Assembly (NCBI RefSeq): GCF_006345805.1
Contig: NC_043021.1
Span: 15,190,001-15,254,000, forward strand
From: Octopus sinensis
Taxonomy: Eukaryota
Direction of reading: 5' to 3'
DNA length: 64,000 nt
In this document: positions 11,389 through 24,999 of the stretch, piece by piece
How the letters are laid out: each line of letters starts with the position of its first letter
How positions within the stretch are numbered: the first letter of the stretch is position 1
Made by a program: the position numbers and the translations under genes
Notes under the pieces: model-generated
What the model saw: only the letters and a program-made list of their open reading frames with translations
The model's database searches: none
Told to the model about the DNA's origin: nothing

Positions 11389-12377
11389 ACTTGGCCACCG
11401 GAAGGGATGGAAAGCAGAGTCACATTGAGAATTTAGACATTGAACTGTGATACATTGATATCTCAATATTACAAATGAACGCAGCATAAACCTAATTTTA
11501 AACCAATGGAAAGAAACATTCATAAATGTTATCTAATCATTAGGGCATTGATACACTGTTCAAGTCCTTCCGTTGTGGATAAAACCTGTCTGTCATGACT
11601 TAGAGCTGGAATCATTATATATCATTATAGCACCGAGATGGAATTTTTTGGTATCACTATGGTGACAACATTTTCATGAGTAAATACGTTTGTTGTTTTT
11701 ACTCGTTACAGTCATTGGACTGTAGCCATGCTGGAGCACTACCACTGTCTTGAAGGGTTTAATTCGACACAATCAGCTCCAGTAGTTTTTTTTTTGTTTT
11801 GAATCTAGTATTTATTCTATCGGTCTTCTTTGCTGAATTGCTAAGTTATGGGGATGTAAGCAAATCAACACTGGTTGTCAAGCAGTGGTGGGACACACAC
11901 ACACACACACAATATAGGCTTCTTTCACTTTCTGGCAAATCACCCACAAGCCCTTTAGTCTGGGGCTATAGTAAAAGACAATTGCCCAAGGTGCCATGCA
12001 GTGAGACTGAACCTGGAACCACATGGTTGGGAGAGACAATTTCTTACCAGTCAGCCACGACACACACTTGGCTTCCTCACAGTTTCCATCTACTAAATTG
12101 ACTCACAAAGCTTTGGTTGGCCTGGGACACTTTCCCAAGGTACCACACAGTGGAACTAAACCTGAAACCATGTGGTTTGGCAGCAAATTTTTGACTACAC
12201 AACCATACCTGGTAGATTAACCCTAATTGCAGTCTTTACTGCCAGAATATGAAGCAATTATATAAATATAATTATAATAATGGCACTAATAAGTAATACC
12301 ACATGCTAGAAATAGATGCCAAATGGCTTGAAGATTTACCCCATTAGCACAGGTTGAAACAACACTATAATTATATA

Positions 12378-12380
12378 TTT

Positions 12381-12429
<49 letters not shown>

Positions 12430-13227
12430 TCATCATTGTCGTTTAACGTCTGCTTTCCATGCTGGCATGGGTTGAACAGTTTGACTGAGGACTGGTGAGT
12501 CAGATGGCTGCACCAGGCTCCAATCTGATATGGCAGAGTTTCTACAGCTGGATGCCTTTCCTAACGCCAACCACACCGAGAGTGTAGTGGGTGCTTTTAC
12601 GTGTCACTGGCACGAGGGCCAGTCAGGCGGTACTGGCAACAGCCAACACACACACACATACACACACACATGTAGGTGCAAGTGTGACTGTGGTAAGAAG
12701 TTTGCTCTCAACTCCATGGTTCTGGGTTCAGTCCTACTGCATGGCAAGTGTCTTCTTTTTATAGCCTTGTGTTGACCAAAGCCTTGTAAGTGGATTTAGT
12801 AGATGGAAACTGAAAGAAGCCAGTTGCATGTGCACGTCTTTTTGTGTCTGTATTTCTTCTCTCCCCCAGCATTGCTTGGCAAACTGGTGTTGGTGTGTTT
12901 ACGCTCCTGTCATTTAGTGGTTCGGCAAAAGAGATTGATTGAATAAGTGCTGGGCTTAAGAAAATAAAAGTTTTGGGGTCGATTTATTTGACTAAATTTC
13001 TTCAAGGTAGTGCTCCAGTATGGCCTCAGTCTAATGACTAAAAGAAGTAAACAATTAAAGATATATAATTGTTAAAGAGGACAACACAATTATCCGCTCC
13101 ATCAGAAATCTGCAATGGCTCCATAACTACCATCTCAGCCTTAACTTTGGAGCCCAAGTAATCTGTTACAGCACTTACCTAGCGTACCTAATCGTTTAGA
13201 TCACCTGTGAACTAAGCCTCTATACTT

Positions 13228-13276
<49 letters not shown>

Positions 13277-14071
13277 TATATATATCATCATCATTGTCGT
13301 TTAACGTCTGCTTTCCATGCTGGCATGGGTTGAACAGTTTGACTGAGGACTGGTGAGTCAGATGGCTGCACCAGGCTCCAATCTGATATGGCAGAGTTTC
13401 TACAGCTGGATGCCTTTCCTAACGCCAACGACACCGAGAGTGTAGTGGGTTCTTTTACGTGTCACTGGCACGAGGGCCAGTCAGGCGGTACTGGCAACAG
13501 CCAACACACACACATGTAGGTGCAAGTGTGACTGTGGTAAGAAGTTTGCTCTCAACTCCATGGTTCTGGGTTCAGTCCTACTGCATGGCAAGTGTCTTCT
13601 TTTTATAGCCTTGTGTTGACCAAAGCCTTGTAAGTGGATTTAGTAGATGGAAACTGAAAGAAGCCAGTTGCATGTGCACGTCTTTTTGTGTCTGTATTTC
13701 TTCTCTCCCCCAGCATTGCTTGGCAAACTGGTGTTGGTGTGTTTACGCTCCTGTCATTTAGTGGTTCGGCAAAAGAGATTGATTGAATAAGTGCTGGGCT
13801 TAAGAAAATAAAAGTTTTGGGGTCGATTTATTTGACTAAATTTCTTCAAGGTAGTGCTCCAGTATGGCCTCAGTCTAATGACTAAAAGAAGTAAACAATT
13901 AAAGATATATAATTGTTAAAGAGGACAACACAATTATCCGCTCCATCAGAAATCTGCAATAGCTCCATAACTACCATCTCAGCCTTAACTTTGGAGCCCA
14001 AGTAATCTGTTACAGCACTTACCTAGCGTACCTAATCGTTTAGATCACCTGTGAACTAAGCCTCTATACTT

Positions 14072-14110
<39 letters not shown>
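12378..14110. repeat. About 850-bp direct tandem duplication (SINE C fragment + SINE A + unique DNA)
   Basis: 12428-13229 is repeated at 13286-14073 with only a few substitutions and an (AC)n length change; units are delimited by (TG)n(TA)n tracts. Confidence 0.95.
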
Positions 14111-14210
14111 CCGTAATAATGAAGGGTGAAATTAATTAATTTGGAATAATTATCAATTACACCAAGTAGTCTTCGGCATGTAAAAGCCTCATTTGAGGAA
14201 AATTTAAGTA

Positions 14211-14287
14211 ATACTAAGCAATAAGGGTTCAGCATGTGGTAAGTATGTGGTAAGGCAATTCGTTGCTGAACCCTTATTGCTTAGTAT
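14211..14287. repeat. Perfect 24-bp inverted repeat with a 29-nt spacer
   Basis: ATACTAAGCAATAAGGGTTCAGCA ... TGCTGAACCCTTATTGCTTAGTAT. Confidence 0.95.
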
Positions 14288-14357
14288 ATATATATATATA
14301 TATTTATTTATTTATTTTCATTTTTTTATCTTATCTAGTTTCAGCTCACGAGCTGTG

Positions 14358-14416
<59 letters not shown>

Positions 14417-15168
14417 CTATATATATTTATTTAAATTTTTCTTTTTATATATATTAAATTTTTTTTAAATTATTGACGCTCATGCTCACAAACATGAACT
14501 TATTTAATTCAGTCTATTCTAGGATCTAACCATCCTGATGTGTAGTTTTTACCTAATTTTTGTCAAATATTTCCCTGATGAGATTCTTACCCATAAACAT
14601 GAATTCTTATAAATTCATTATTGGGTCTGAATCGAAACAATTGTAGGATTATAATATTTGTATTTATATTATATTATAATATGTTAATAAATTATGTCAA
14701 TCGTAAATCTCCATTTTCTTTTCATTTTTCTACACACACACACACAGATATATATATTGAATATATATATACCTCATTAGGTGTATTAAAATTTGTAGAG
14801 AAATAGTCCGATCTTCTTCAAATATTTTTCCATAATTCTTTTTTTTTTCCTAATAAGTATGCACTGCGACATGTTTGAATGTGTAGTAAGCAGGCCTGTC
14901 TTTTAAAATAGGTCAAATAAAGGTAGACTGACTAACAATTATTTCAATTATTTCTTGTTTTTACTGATGTTTCTTCTTCCTTCTCTGCAAACCCCCCACC
15001 TACTCCTCTGGCCTTCCCTGTCTGCCACTTCCCCCCCCCGCTCCATTCCTCCCACTGCCACCACTAAGTTATCAGGGAGAAATTTGAAATTGGAAACACA
15101 GTCAGGTACAGAGAAGAAAAGGAATGCATGCATTTTTGTCCTCTTCCCCCCACCCGTTGTCACTCCTA

Positions 15169-15203
<35 letters not shown>

Positions 15204-15229
15204 TATATATTCAAAAGTGTGTGTATATA

Positions 15230-15613
15230 TGTGTTTATATGCCTATACGTATTTATATATCTACATGTGTGCATGTGTATACATTTGTGTGTATAGGTGT
15301 GTATGTATACATAGATTTATGTGTGTGTATGCATACTTATATCTGTATGCATGTGTATGCATGCATATATCTATGTGTATGTGTGTGTGTATGCATGCAT
15401 TTATCTATGTGTGTGTGTGTATGTATACATATATCTGTATGTGTGTGTGAATACATATATCTGTATGTGTGTGTGTATACATATATCTGTATGTGTGTGT
15501 GTGTATACATATATCTGTATGTATGTGTGTGTATACATATATCTGTATGTGTGTGTATGTATACATATATCTGTATGTGTGTATATGTATACTTATATCT
15601 ATATGCCTGTGTA

Positions 15614-15644
<31 letters not shown>

Positions 15645-15650
15645 GTCAGC
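15230..15650. repeat. Compound microsatellite/minisatellite (TGTATACATATATCTGTATGTG-like units)
   Basis: Visible periodicity of roughly 24-28 nt within an alternating R/Y tract. Confidence 0.9.
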
Positions 15651-17000
15651 ATGGAAAATGGACATTAGATAATGATGGTATGTGTATGTAGGTATACATG
15701 TATTTATGTGTCTCTGGATGTGTATGTGTTGTATATTCATGTTCTATATATATATATATATGCATACATTTATGCCTAGTGCTATGTATGTGACATTATT
15801 GAAAAATTAAAAAAAAAGATTTCCTAGCTTTTGGAATTCTAATTATGCGATCTATTGCATTTCAATCTTTTATTATCTTTTTTTCAAAACTACATTTTAT
15901 GCAAAAGAATAAAAACGAGAAGAAAACAGCATAACCAACAAAAACACACAGCAGCAAACTTGTAAACCAATCACTTCTCTTGTCTCTATTGTCCTTTCAG
16001 TTGACTTCAGCAGCAACAGGGAGAGAGAGAAAAGAGAAACTTACTTAAGATTTAAGCTTGACATTTAAATTGAACACCATTTGGAATACTAAGGGTCAGC
16101 AACATTCCCAATGTGTTTTAATAATAATCTGTCAGATCTCTTATCACTTTACTTGTTTCAATCATTGGACAGCGGCCATGCTGGAGCATACCCTTGAAGG
16201 GTTTTTGTTGAACAAATCGATCCTAGTTTTTTTTTTTTTTTTGCAAAGTCTGGTGGTTACTCATTCTGTTAGCTTCTTAGGTCAAACTGATAAATTATGG
16301 AGATGTAAACAAAGCAACATTGGTTGTGAAGCAATGTCGTGGGGGACAACCAGACATGTACACACACACGCACACACATTTGTTTTCATGTACTGAATTC
16401 ACTCGCAAGGCATTGGTCAGCCCTGAGCTTTAGTAGAAGCCACTTCCCCAAGATGTTGGACTCTGGGACTGGACCCAGAACTATGTACTTGCAAAGTGAG
16501 CTTCTTATTTAATCACAAAGCCATGACGTAAGCAGCAACCATTGACTTTTTATTTTGACAGAAGATACTGTCAGCCCTTTGTAGGGCTCTAATCTTCCAT
16601 GAAAACCTGTCCAGACATGGGGAAATATTTCGTTGCTTGGAAACAGGTAAGAGTTGGTAATGAGAAAGGCATTTGGCCTTAGAAAATCTGCCTCAATGAA
16701 TTCTGTCTGACCCATGCAAACATGGAAAAATAAATGCTAAAACAACGATGATGGTTACTGGCACAGGTAAATTTAACCTCAGTATATGACTGGTATTGTT
16801 ATCGACGCCAGAGGAATGGAAAGAGAAGCTGACTGTAACTGGATCTGAACTCAGAATGTTGAGTGGGGCATAAAAATACTACATCTAGTCTGAAACATCA
16901 ACCCTGTTGTTTAATATAGTACTGGTCGTTGGTCTTGGTGCTGGGGAGTGCATTTTGCACCAAAAGCCAGTATGAGAGTTTCTCTCATGGTATTCACCGC

Positions 17001-17231
17001 GGTGGTGAGCTGGCAGAATCGTTAGCACGCTGGGCGAAATGCGTAGCCGTATTTCGTCTGCCGTTACGTTCTGAGTTCAAACTCCGCTGAGGTCGACTTT
17101 GCCTTTCATCCTTTCGGGGTCGATAAATTAAGTACCAGTTACGCACTGGGGTCGATGTAATCGACTTAATATCTATGTCTGTCCTTGTTTGTCCCCTCTA
17201 TGTTTAGCCCCTTGTGGGTAATAAAGAAATA
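17001..17231 (+). mobile_element. tRNA-like SINE family B
   Basis: GAGCTGGCAGAA (A-box-like) and GAGTTCAAA (B-box-like), central TTTCATCCTTTCGGGGTCGATAAATTAAGTACC block (resembles the Deu/Nin-type SINE core as I recall it), tail AAAGAAATA. Confidence 0.9.
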
Positions 17232-20200
17232 GGTATCTCCTGCAGTATAGTTTGTTCTAACACAACATCCACGTTTAAGTGGGGATACAGATTACCTTTT
17301 GGTACTAACATTGCCTCTGTTGCTAATATATATTACTGGTATTGTTATTGATCTTAGAGGGATGGAATACAAAATTGAGGATTAGTGGGATTTGAACTCA
17401 GAACATTGAATGGAGGATAATCTACATCTAGTCCAGTACACCACCATGTCAACTTATATGCTGTCATCTAGCTATTGTAAAATATTGGCAGGAGTGTGCA
17501 GGAATTTGTAATTTTTTCTCGGCTTTCATTCAAGGGTGGTTAGGAGCTGCAATAAGGACCCAAGTAGATAATGTCTTGGCTGGTTCTTGGCTTGAAGAGT
17601 CCTACGTTTGTGGCAGTCTGCAGTATTCTTCTGCATGAAGAATTTAATCTTTCTTCCTTTTCCCCAGCCCTTATCTAACAGGCATTAGAAGAGCATGTAA
17701 AGAACTAGAGAGAGAGAGAGAATAAATACGGAATTGACAGGTATCCAGGTGTTGTGGTTGTTATTGTCAATTAGCAATGCTGTCATCTCTGCTTGAGCAG
17801 TTATTTAATACGATGTTACCTGAGAAAATGGATTAGGATTAACTTACATGTTCAATGCAGCTATAACATGCATATGCTATTGTGGTTTGGGTTGAATTTC
17901 ATTGTTTGCTTGCTTGACATTTGTTTTAATTGTGGCCATTACATCGTAATGTTGTGGTTTTGCTCCAGGTCAGACCTGGTAGTCCATTCACTCACACATG
18001 CATACCCAACCCAGACTATACTCGGCTTCCCCCCTTTTTTGTTTTTTTTTTTCTCTTTACATTAAAACATGCTAAATATACACAAACACACCTCCTCTCT
18101 CTTGTAGTCCTTGTTGTGTCTAACCTCCTAGGGACCACACTAATTACTATACCTCGCCCTTCCTTCCCAGAACTTCATCCCTCTGGAAATCCCTCCTTGC
18201 TTAAGGTCTTTCCTGCAGGTGTTGCCTTATAAAGGTTCAAGAGGAATGTTTATGATATCAGTCTCATAGGTCCTGGAGGGCCTGCAAAAGCTATGGTCAC
18301 TATCTATGCTTCTAAACCCAGTAATCTTTTATCTTCTTGTTTCGATCATTAGACTGCGACCATGGTGGGGCACTGCCTTAATGAATTAAAAAAAAACAAA
18401 CCATGTACATAAACTTAGCTTTCACACACACAAACTGCTTTTCAAATCCCAAGCATAAACCTACTTCACACGTGCATCTAAATCACCTCACACATACATG
18501 TCTTCCACACCTATTTTGCTTCTCTTATGTTTGTTGCACACAGACCTACTTCACACACACACAAACAAACCTACTTTACTCACAGGCGCAAACCCACCTC
18601 AGAAATACTTCATATTTTTTCTCATGTCTTCGTCAGTTATTTCTCTTAACATATAAGAGGTGCAGTGGTGTCACTGGAAGACTAACAGACAAAGTAGTCT
18701 TTACATGTGGCAAATGTGCATGTACATTAAACACCAGGAATGTACAAAAAACAGACTCCCTCAAATGTTAGTGGGGATCCTTAGAAGTAGTAGACAGTTT
18801 CTGTTAGTTAGTTAGGGGACCAAGTTAGTAGAACTGCTATGGTAGAGGGACATAAGCAAACCAACACCAGTTGTCAAGTTGGGAGATAAGCACTAAGACA
18901 CACACACGCACTATGTACATGGCTGGCTCTTTCCATTTCCACCTACCTAATCCATTCACAAGGTTTTGATTGGCTTGGGCCTATAGTAGGAGACGCTTGC
19001 CCAAGGTGCCACACATTGGAATTGAACTTAGAACTATGTGGTTGGGTAGCAGACTTCTTACCATGTTGCCATGTGTGTACCTTTATGACGAGCTTCTCGC
19101 AGTTTCTGTCTACCAAATCCGCTCATAACGCTTTGGTCAGCCCAGGGCTGTCTGTAGCAGAGAACACTCGCCCAAGGTGCTACCCATTGGGACTGAACCC
19201 AAAACCTCTTGATTGCAAAGCAAGCTTCCTAACCACGCAGCTAATCCCCATGATTTTTTCAAATTTTCATTGGATATGTGGTGTAAAGTTGTGCCATTTA
19301 TGTCTTCCCATAGAATCGGTGAGATAAACAAGGAGCTTTGAATCCAACCTGTTCGTGCTCATGCATATTTTCAAGATATTACCTGCCACACGAGCCTTTT
19401 ATTTCGATTACAATTTGCAATTTGTAGGAGAGAAATAATACTTGCTACAACTCATTCGTATGAATAAAGTAGTTCGTACAGGCAAATCTCTACGTCACAC
19501 CACTGTACTACTTATAATTATAATTAGTGTAGAATATTCCTACCAGCAGTGATCTCATGCATTAGATGAGAGTTAATGAAGCGAATGTAACGAAGGCCGT
19601 AATTTCTTTGGGATTCAATCAAATATGGAACTGAGCAAAAATTTCACCATTTTATTTTTGTTTTCATTTAAAAAAAAAAAAAATAAAAACTAAGTAAAAA
19701 TACTTTTTCTGTTTGGTTCATCATAGTCCAATGAATACAAATTTTTAACAATTTAAAAATTTCTGTGTTGTTGCCTCTACCATAACATTAAAACCAACTC
19801 GTTTAGAAATGCTATTTTACCTTCTTGCGCATTTCGGTTGTTGCACTGAGGGCCATATTGGAGCACCATATTGGAAGGTTTAGTTGGACATTTCAACCCC
19901 AGTTCCATTTTCTTTTCTTTTTTTGAAGTCTGTTACTTATTCTGTTGGCTCCTTTTGCTGAACTGCTAAGTTAACAGGGAAGTAAACAAACCAACTAGTT
20001 GTCAAGTAATGGTGGGGGACCAACATAAAGACGCACATGCATATGTTACATATGTCTGATGGGCTTCCACACAGTTTCCTTCTGTGAAATTCACTCGTAA
20101 TGCATTGATGACGGTCTAGGACTATAGTAGATGGTATTTGCTCATAATGCCATTGCTGTGGATTGAACCTGAAAGCACATTTGTGAAGCGAGCTTCTAAC

Positions 20201-20760
20201 CCACTCAGCCATGCCTGTACCTATTTAACAAAAAAAAAAGCGCTCTAAAACCATCATTGAAAATACTTCTTGAATTTATAGTTAGAGAAAAATTGTCACG
20301 CAAAGATAACATCAATGAAACACTTAAGAGGAAAGGTCGCAGTTGAAATATAAGCAAGCAGGCTTTTAGGAAAACAACCATTTAAATTGTAGCTGGTATC
20401 TTATCTGCTGTCTGCCGTTTTACCGTATTTCATTTATCATTGTTCATTACCATCGTTTTAATGTTCCTTTATCTATGCTTGCATGGGTCTGAAGGAATTC
20501 ATTGAAGCTGATATTTTTACAGCTGCATGCCCTTCTTGTCGGCAACCCTCGTGTTTCCAAACAAGGTGATGTTTCCTTGTGGCCGGACATGTTTCCATGG
20601 AAGATTGGGAATGAAGGGCGCCACTTGCATGATGGTCACCTGCATTTACAATTATCACATGATGTCAAGGTGCATGTGCACATACACGCTGGCTTGCACA
20701 TTCAGACACAAGCATGCACGTACAGTTATGCAGACGCACATACAAATAGAATACACTTCT

Positions 20761-20929
20761 TTAACCCATTTGTTACTGACCCACCCCAAACTGCCCCTAG
20801 TTCCATGATAAAAATTTCCTGTTTTTAAGGTGATCTAAATTAAAAACTTCCACCAATATTTCAGGTTAATTTATGTTCCAAACACCGGTTTAATAACAAC
20901 AAAGAGAAATATAGTAATGAAAGGGTTAA
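20761..20929. mobile_element. piggyBac-type MITE P1, internally deleted
   Basis: TTAACCCATT...AAAGGGTTAA termini with P1 internal sequence. Confidence 0.7.
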
Positions 20930-20983
20930 GTTTCCATCCTCCGAATCCATTACAAGGCTTCGGTCAGCCCAGGGCTGTTGTAG

Positions 20984-21108
20984 AAAACACTTGCTCAAGG
21001 TGCCACACAGTGAGATTGAACCTAAAACCATGTGGTTAGGAAGCAAGCTAAAACACTTGCTCAAGGTGCCACACAGTGAGATTGAACCTAAAACCATGTG
21101 GTTAGGAA
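20984..21108 (-). repeat. 66-bp perfect tandem duplication of the B-box region of a SINE A
   Basis: AAACACTTGCTCAAGG...GGAAGCAA occurs twice with period 66. Confidence 0.9.
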
Positions 21109-21576
21109 GCAAACTTCTTACCACGCAGCCATACATACCTGTGTCTAAAAAGAAATAAAAGATAAAAATAATAAAAACGGTCTTTCTATATAAATGAAGA
21201 CTACTGTGTTTGGAAATAAGAATAAAAATATATAAAAGAAGTTATTTATTGTATCTTGAAATTAGCATTTGATGGAAAAGAAAAAATAAAATAAAGAAAA
21301 AAGGGAAAGAAAAATATATTTATGTGGATTTATGACTTCCCATATATCTTTTTTTATTTTTTTTTTGTTTTGATTGAGTTCAAATCTACCTGTGTGTGTC
21401 TGTTGGGGATACAAATAGTTGAAGCTTCTTTTTTTACAGAAAGACAAACACAACATAGATCAGCTTGCTATCATCTATCTCACCTTCTCACTTTACCAGT
21501 AGCACACACCTTTTAGCCAACTAGATTCTTGTCTGCTGAAAAGACTAGATAAGTAAACACATACATAGATACAGTT

Positions 21577-21608
<32 letters not shown>

Positions 21609-22065
21609 GTATGTATGTATAATGTATGTATAATGTGTGTATGTGTAGGTACATAAATAATAGAGATAAGTAGTTCATGTATAGTGTTTACTGATACTGT
21701 CAAAGGTGACAGGTAAGGTGGGTGAGTTTGAAGAAGGAAAATAGTATGAGTTGCCAGTTGGTCAGCGTTGAAAGAGCTTTTTTTTTGTGTTTAGAAGAGG
21801 AAGAAAAAGACGACTACTCCGATGAACAACAACAATGTAGGGGAGAAATCTAATCCCCTTATTTACACACTTTAATAATTAGTGGCCCTAAAATTGTCAG
21901 CTAGCCAGCCATACATGGAAAGTAGCTGGTAAGTAAACCAGTCATGGCCTATATTTCTCTGCTATTCAACACATGAATATAGTGTGTGTGTGTGTGTGTG
22001 TGTGTGTAGCTGTTTGGTTGAGAAGTGGGCTTCGCAACCACATGGTTTCAGGGCTTAACCCTTTA

Positions 22066-22470
22066 GGCGGCGAGGTGGCAGAAACGTTAGCATGCTGGGG
22101 CGAAATGCTTAGTGGTATTTTGTCTACCGTTATGTTCTGAGTTCAAATTCCACCGAGGTCGACTTTGCCTTTCATCCTCTCGGGGTTGATAAATTAAGTA
22201 CCAGTTACGCTTTGGGGTCGATGTAATTGACTTACTCCGTTTGTCTGTCCTTGTTTGTCCTCTCTGTGTTTGGCCCCTTGTGGGTAGTAAAGAAATAAGT
22301 ATTTCGTCTGCCGTTACGTTCTGAGTTCAAATTCCACCGAGGTCAACTTTGCCTTTCATCCTCTCGGGGTCGATAAATTAGGTACCAGTTACACACTGGG
22401 GTCAATGTAATCGACTTAATCTGTTTGTTTGTCCCCTGTGTTTTTCCCCTTGTGGGCAATGAACAAATAA
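22066..22470 (+). mobile_element. Two head-to-tail SINE B copies (second is 5'-truncated)
   Basis: Family B sequence 22066-22297, then a restart at GTATTTCGTCTGCC. Confidence 0.85.
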
Positions 22471-22988
22471 GATTATTCTGTCAAATGTAATGCTTATTTA
22501 TTTGTATTTCTTTGTATTATCATGTAGCTTTGAGATTTCAGTGATCCGATTGCTTATTTTTACAATGACATTGTAAGGTAAGTGTGAAAGGCCAAATCTG
22601 GCCAGTTTGAACATGAAAGAGGTAGAATATTTTGGGTTGGATATTCAGGTTCCTCTCTCAAATGCAATGCTTACTTATTCACATTGCTTTGAATTAATCA
22701 TGCATTATCTTGTGGGTTATGAAATGATGATGTGATTATATATTTTTAAAATGACATTGTAGAGCAGGTGTGAGAGGTTAGATCTGGCTGCTTTGAACTA
22801 TTCTGTCCGTCTCTTTTGCTGGACTGCTGGGTTATGGGGATGGAAATGCACCAACAACCAGTTGTGAAGCAGTGATGGGGAGACAAATAGACACATAAAC
22901 ACACACACTTAGATATATGCATACACACACACACATGTATATATACATACATACAAAGGGCTTCTTTCGGTTTCCATCTACTAAATAC

Positions 22989-24607
22989 CCCTCCATTTGA
23001 TAGATCAGTACCTCCAATGCTTCGATTGGTCATCACACGGGACGAAGTCAAACGTGTTATTCAAGGCCTCGATGTCAACAAGGGTCACGGCCCTGACGGC
23101 ATACACCTACGGGTTATCAAAGCGTTGGCTCCGGTCATCTGCGAGCCCTTAACGCGACTATTCAATATGTCATTGGCGACGGGTGTTATACCTGCAGACT
23201 GGAGAACAGCGATAATCTGCCCAATTTTCAAGAAAGGGAGCCGCGAAGACCCGCTTAACTACCGACCGGTTTCCCTTACATCAGTAATCAGCAAGATGTT
23301 CGAAACCATCCTTAAGAAAAGTATTATGCTCCACCTCCTAAACACAGCCTCTATCTCTGATTCCCAACACGGCTTCGTGGCGAAGAGATCATGCTTGACC
23401 AACTTACTAGTAATGGAAGAATTGGTGACGCGCATCCTCGATGATAGTGATGCTGTTGACATCGTTTTACTGGACTTTGCCAAAGCTTTTGACTCGGTAA
23501 ACCACCGCCTATTACTTGTCAAGCTTCAAGCATATGTTTCCATCCGGATATTGTACGATGGGTTGGTGCCTTCCTCTCAGATCGCTCCTTCCAAGTCCAA
23601 GTTAATGGTTCGTGGTCCGACGGTCTCCAGTGCGAGCAGTGGCATGCCTCAAGGTTCAGTGCTTGGGCCCTTGTTGTTCTTAGTCTTCATAAATGACTTG
23701 CCCGACGACCTCACGCAACACACCCTTCTATTTGCCGACGATATCAAACTGGTCGCTCCTCGCGGTAAGATAGAGGATCTTCGTCGATGCCTCCACCAAA
23801 TTTGGAAGTGGTCTAACGATTGGGACCTGTGTCTGAATGTGTCAAAGTGCTGTCATCTGCCTGTCGGCTCTACTCCTGCAACTCAACTTGATTTCGAGCC
23901 GGGTCGACTGCTACTGGAGAGGACCGATCAGGTAAAGGACCTAGGTATCTTGGTGGATTCCTCCTTTTCGCCTTCGGCCCAGTGCGTCCATGCTGCCAAC
24001 AAAGCAATTCTGTTCTTGATTCGACGGTCATTCGGAATGCTCACAGCAGCCATATTCCTACCACTCTATGTCACACTGGTGAGACCCATATTGGAGTATG
24101 GGATTCAAGCATCTTCTTTTATATCCCAAAGACATACAGCACTCGAAAGAGTCCAGAAGCTGGCTACCCGCATGGTTCATGGTCTCAAAAATTTGTCCTA
24201 CGAAGAAAGGCTGAGGACGCTCGACCTTTATTCTCTTGAAAAACGCCGCCGCCGTAGTGATCTCATTCTCGCCCACAACAATCATAAGCGGAAAGTGTAA
24301 CCTCTCGAAAGAGCTGTTCTTCACTCCTGCTCCAGCGAGCGTCGGCTGCGGGGTCATTCCGAAAAGCTCTACCTGCGACGATTTCATCTCAATCGAAGGA
24401 GAGGAGCTTTCTCGTCCGGGTTGCGGATCCGTGGAACAAGCTGCCAGACGAGATGGTGAAGATGCCGACAACGCTTGGTTCAAAGCCTCCCTGGACCTCA
24501 AGTGGCCTGAAATCTTTACATGAACACCACCCTGTACTTAACTCCATGTCCCCCTACATGGCCTTGCTATTTGCTTTTGAGCCAAATTAACTAACTAACT
24601 AACTAAC
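22989..24607 (+). mobile_element. 5'-truncated CR1-type non-LTR retrotransposon, inserted into a SINE A
   Basis: RT-encoding body, 3' UTR hairpin CCATGT-ccccct-ACATGG (24544-24561) and (TAAC)n tail; interrupts the SINE A sequence CTACTAAATACC|ACTCACAAGG; visibly more GC/CpG-rich than its flanks. Confidence 0.9.
23017..24523 (+). pseudogene. Reverse transcriptase ORF2 fragment (CR1-like), frameshifted, no endonuclease domain
   Basis: GPDGIH, PIFKKG, NYRPVSLTS, QHGF, DFAKAFDSV, PQGSVLGPLLF, LFADDIKL, LERVQ; the C-terminus (RLRGHSEKL...DPWNKLP...KWPEIFT stop) is recoverable only by switching frames. Confidence 0.9.
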
Positions 24608-24999
24608 ACTCACAAGGCTTTGGTTGGCCTGAGGCAATTGTAGAACACATCTGGTCAAGGTGCCACACAGTGGGACTGAACCCAGAATCAAGTGGCTGAG
24701 AAGCAAGCTTCTTACCACACAACCACTCCTGGGCTATATATGTATATGTAATAATTCTTTATACTATAGGCACAGGTCCTGAAATTTTTAGGAGTGGAGG
24801 ATAGACAATTACATCATCCCCAGGGTCCATCTGGTGTTTATTTTATTGACCTGGAAAGGTTTTGGTAATAAGGTTATAGGAAAGAAACGAAGGAATTGTT
24901 CTTTTGTCTATATACAGGTACAAAACGTCTTCTGATTTTTCCAAGGAGATAAAATAGAACAGGTAGAATATTTGGCCGATGCCAGCACTGCCTTGACTG

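Noticed and set aside
14165-14205. Stem followed by GAA on either strand of the 14.1-kb repeat
   Set aside because: No CUGANGA-equivalent at the right spacing and no stem I.
23259-24501. Antisense and alternative-frame ORFs over the LINE (23259-23522, 23982-24239, 24058-24501, 24236-24523)
   Set aside because: Shadows of the GC-richer RT sequence; parts of the plus-strand ones are simply frameshifted pieces of the RT C-terminus.
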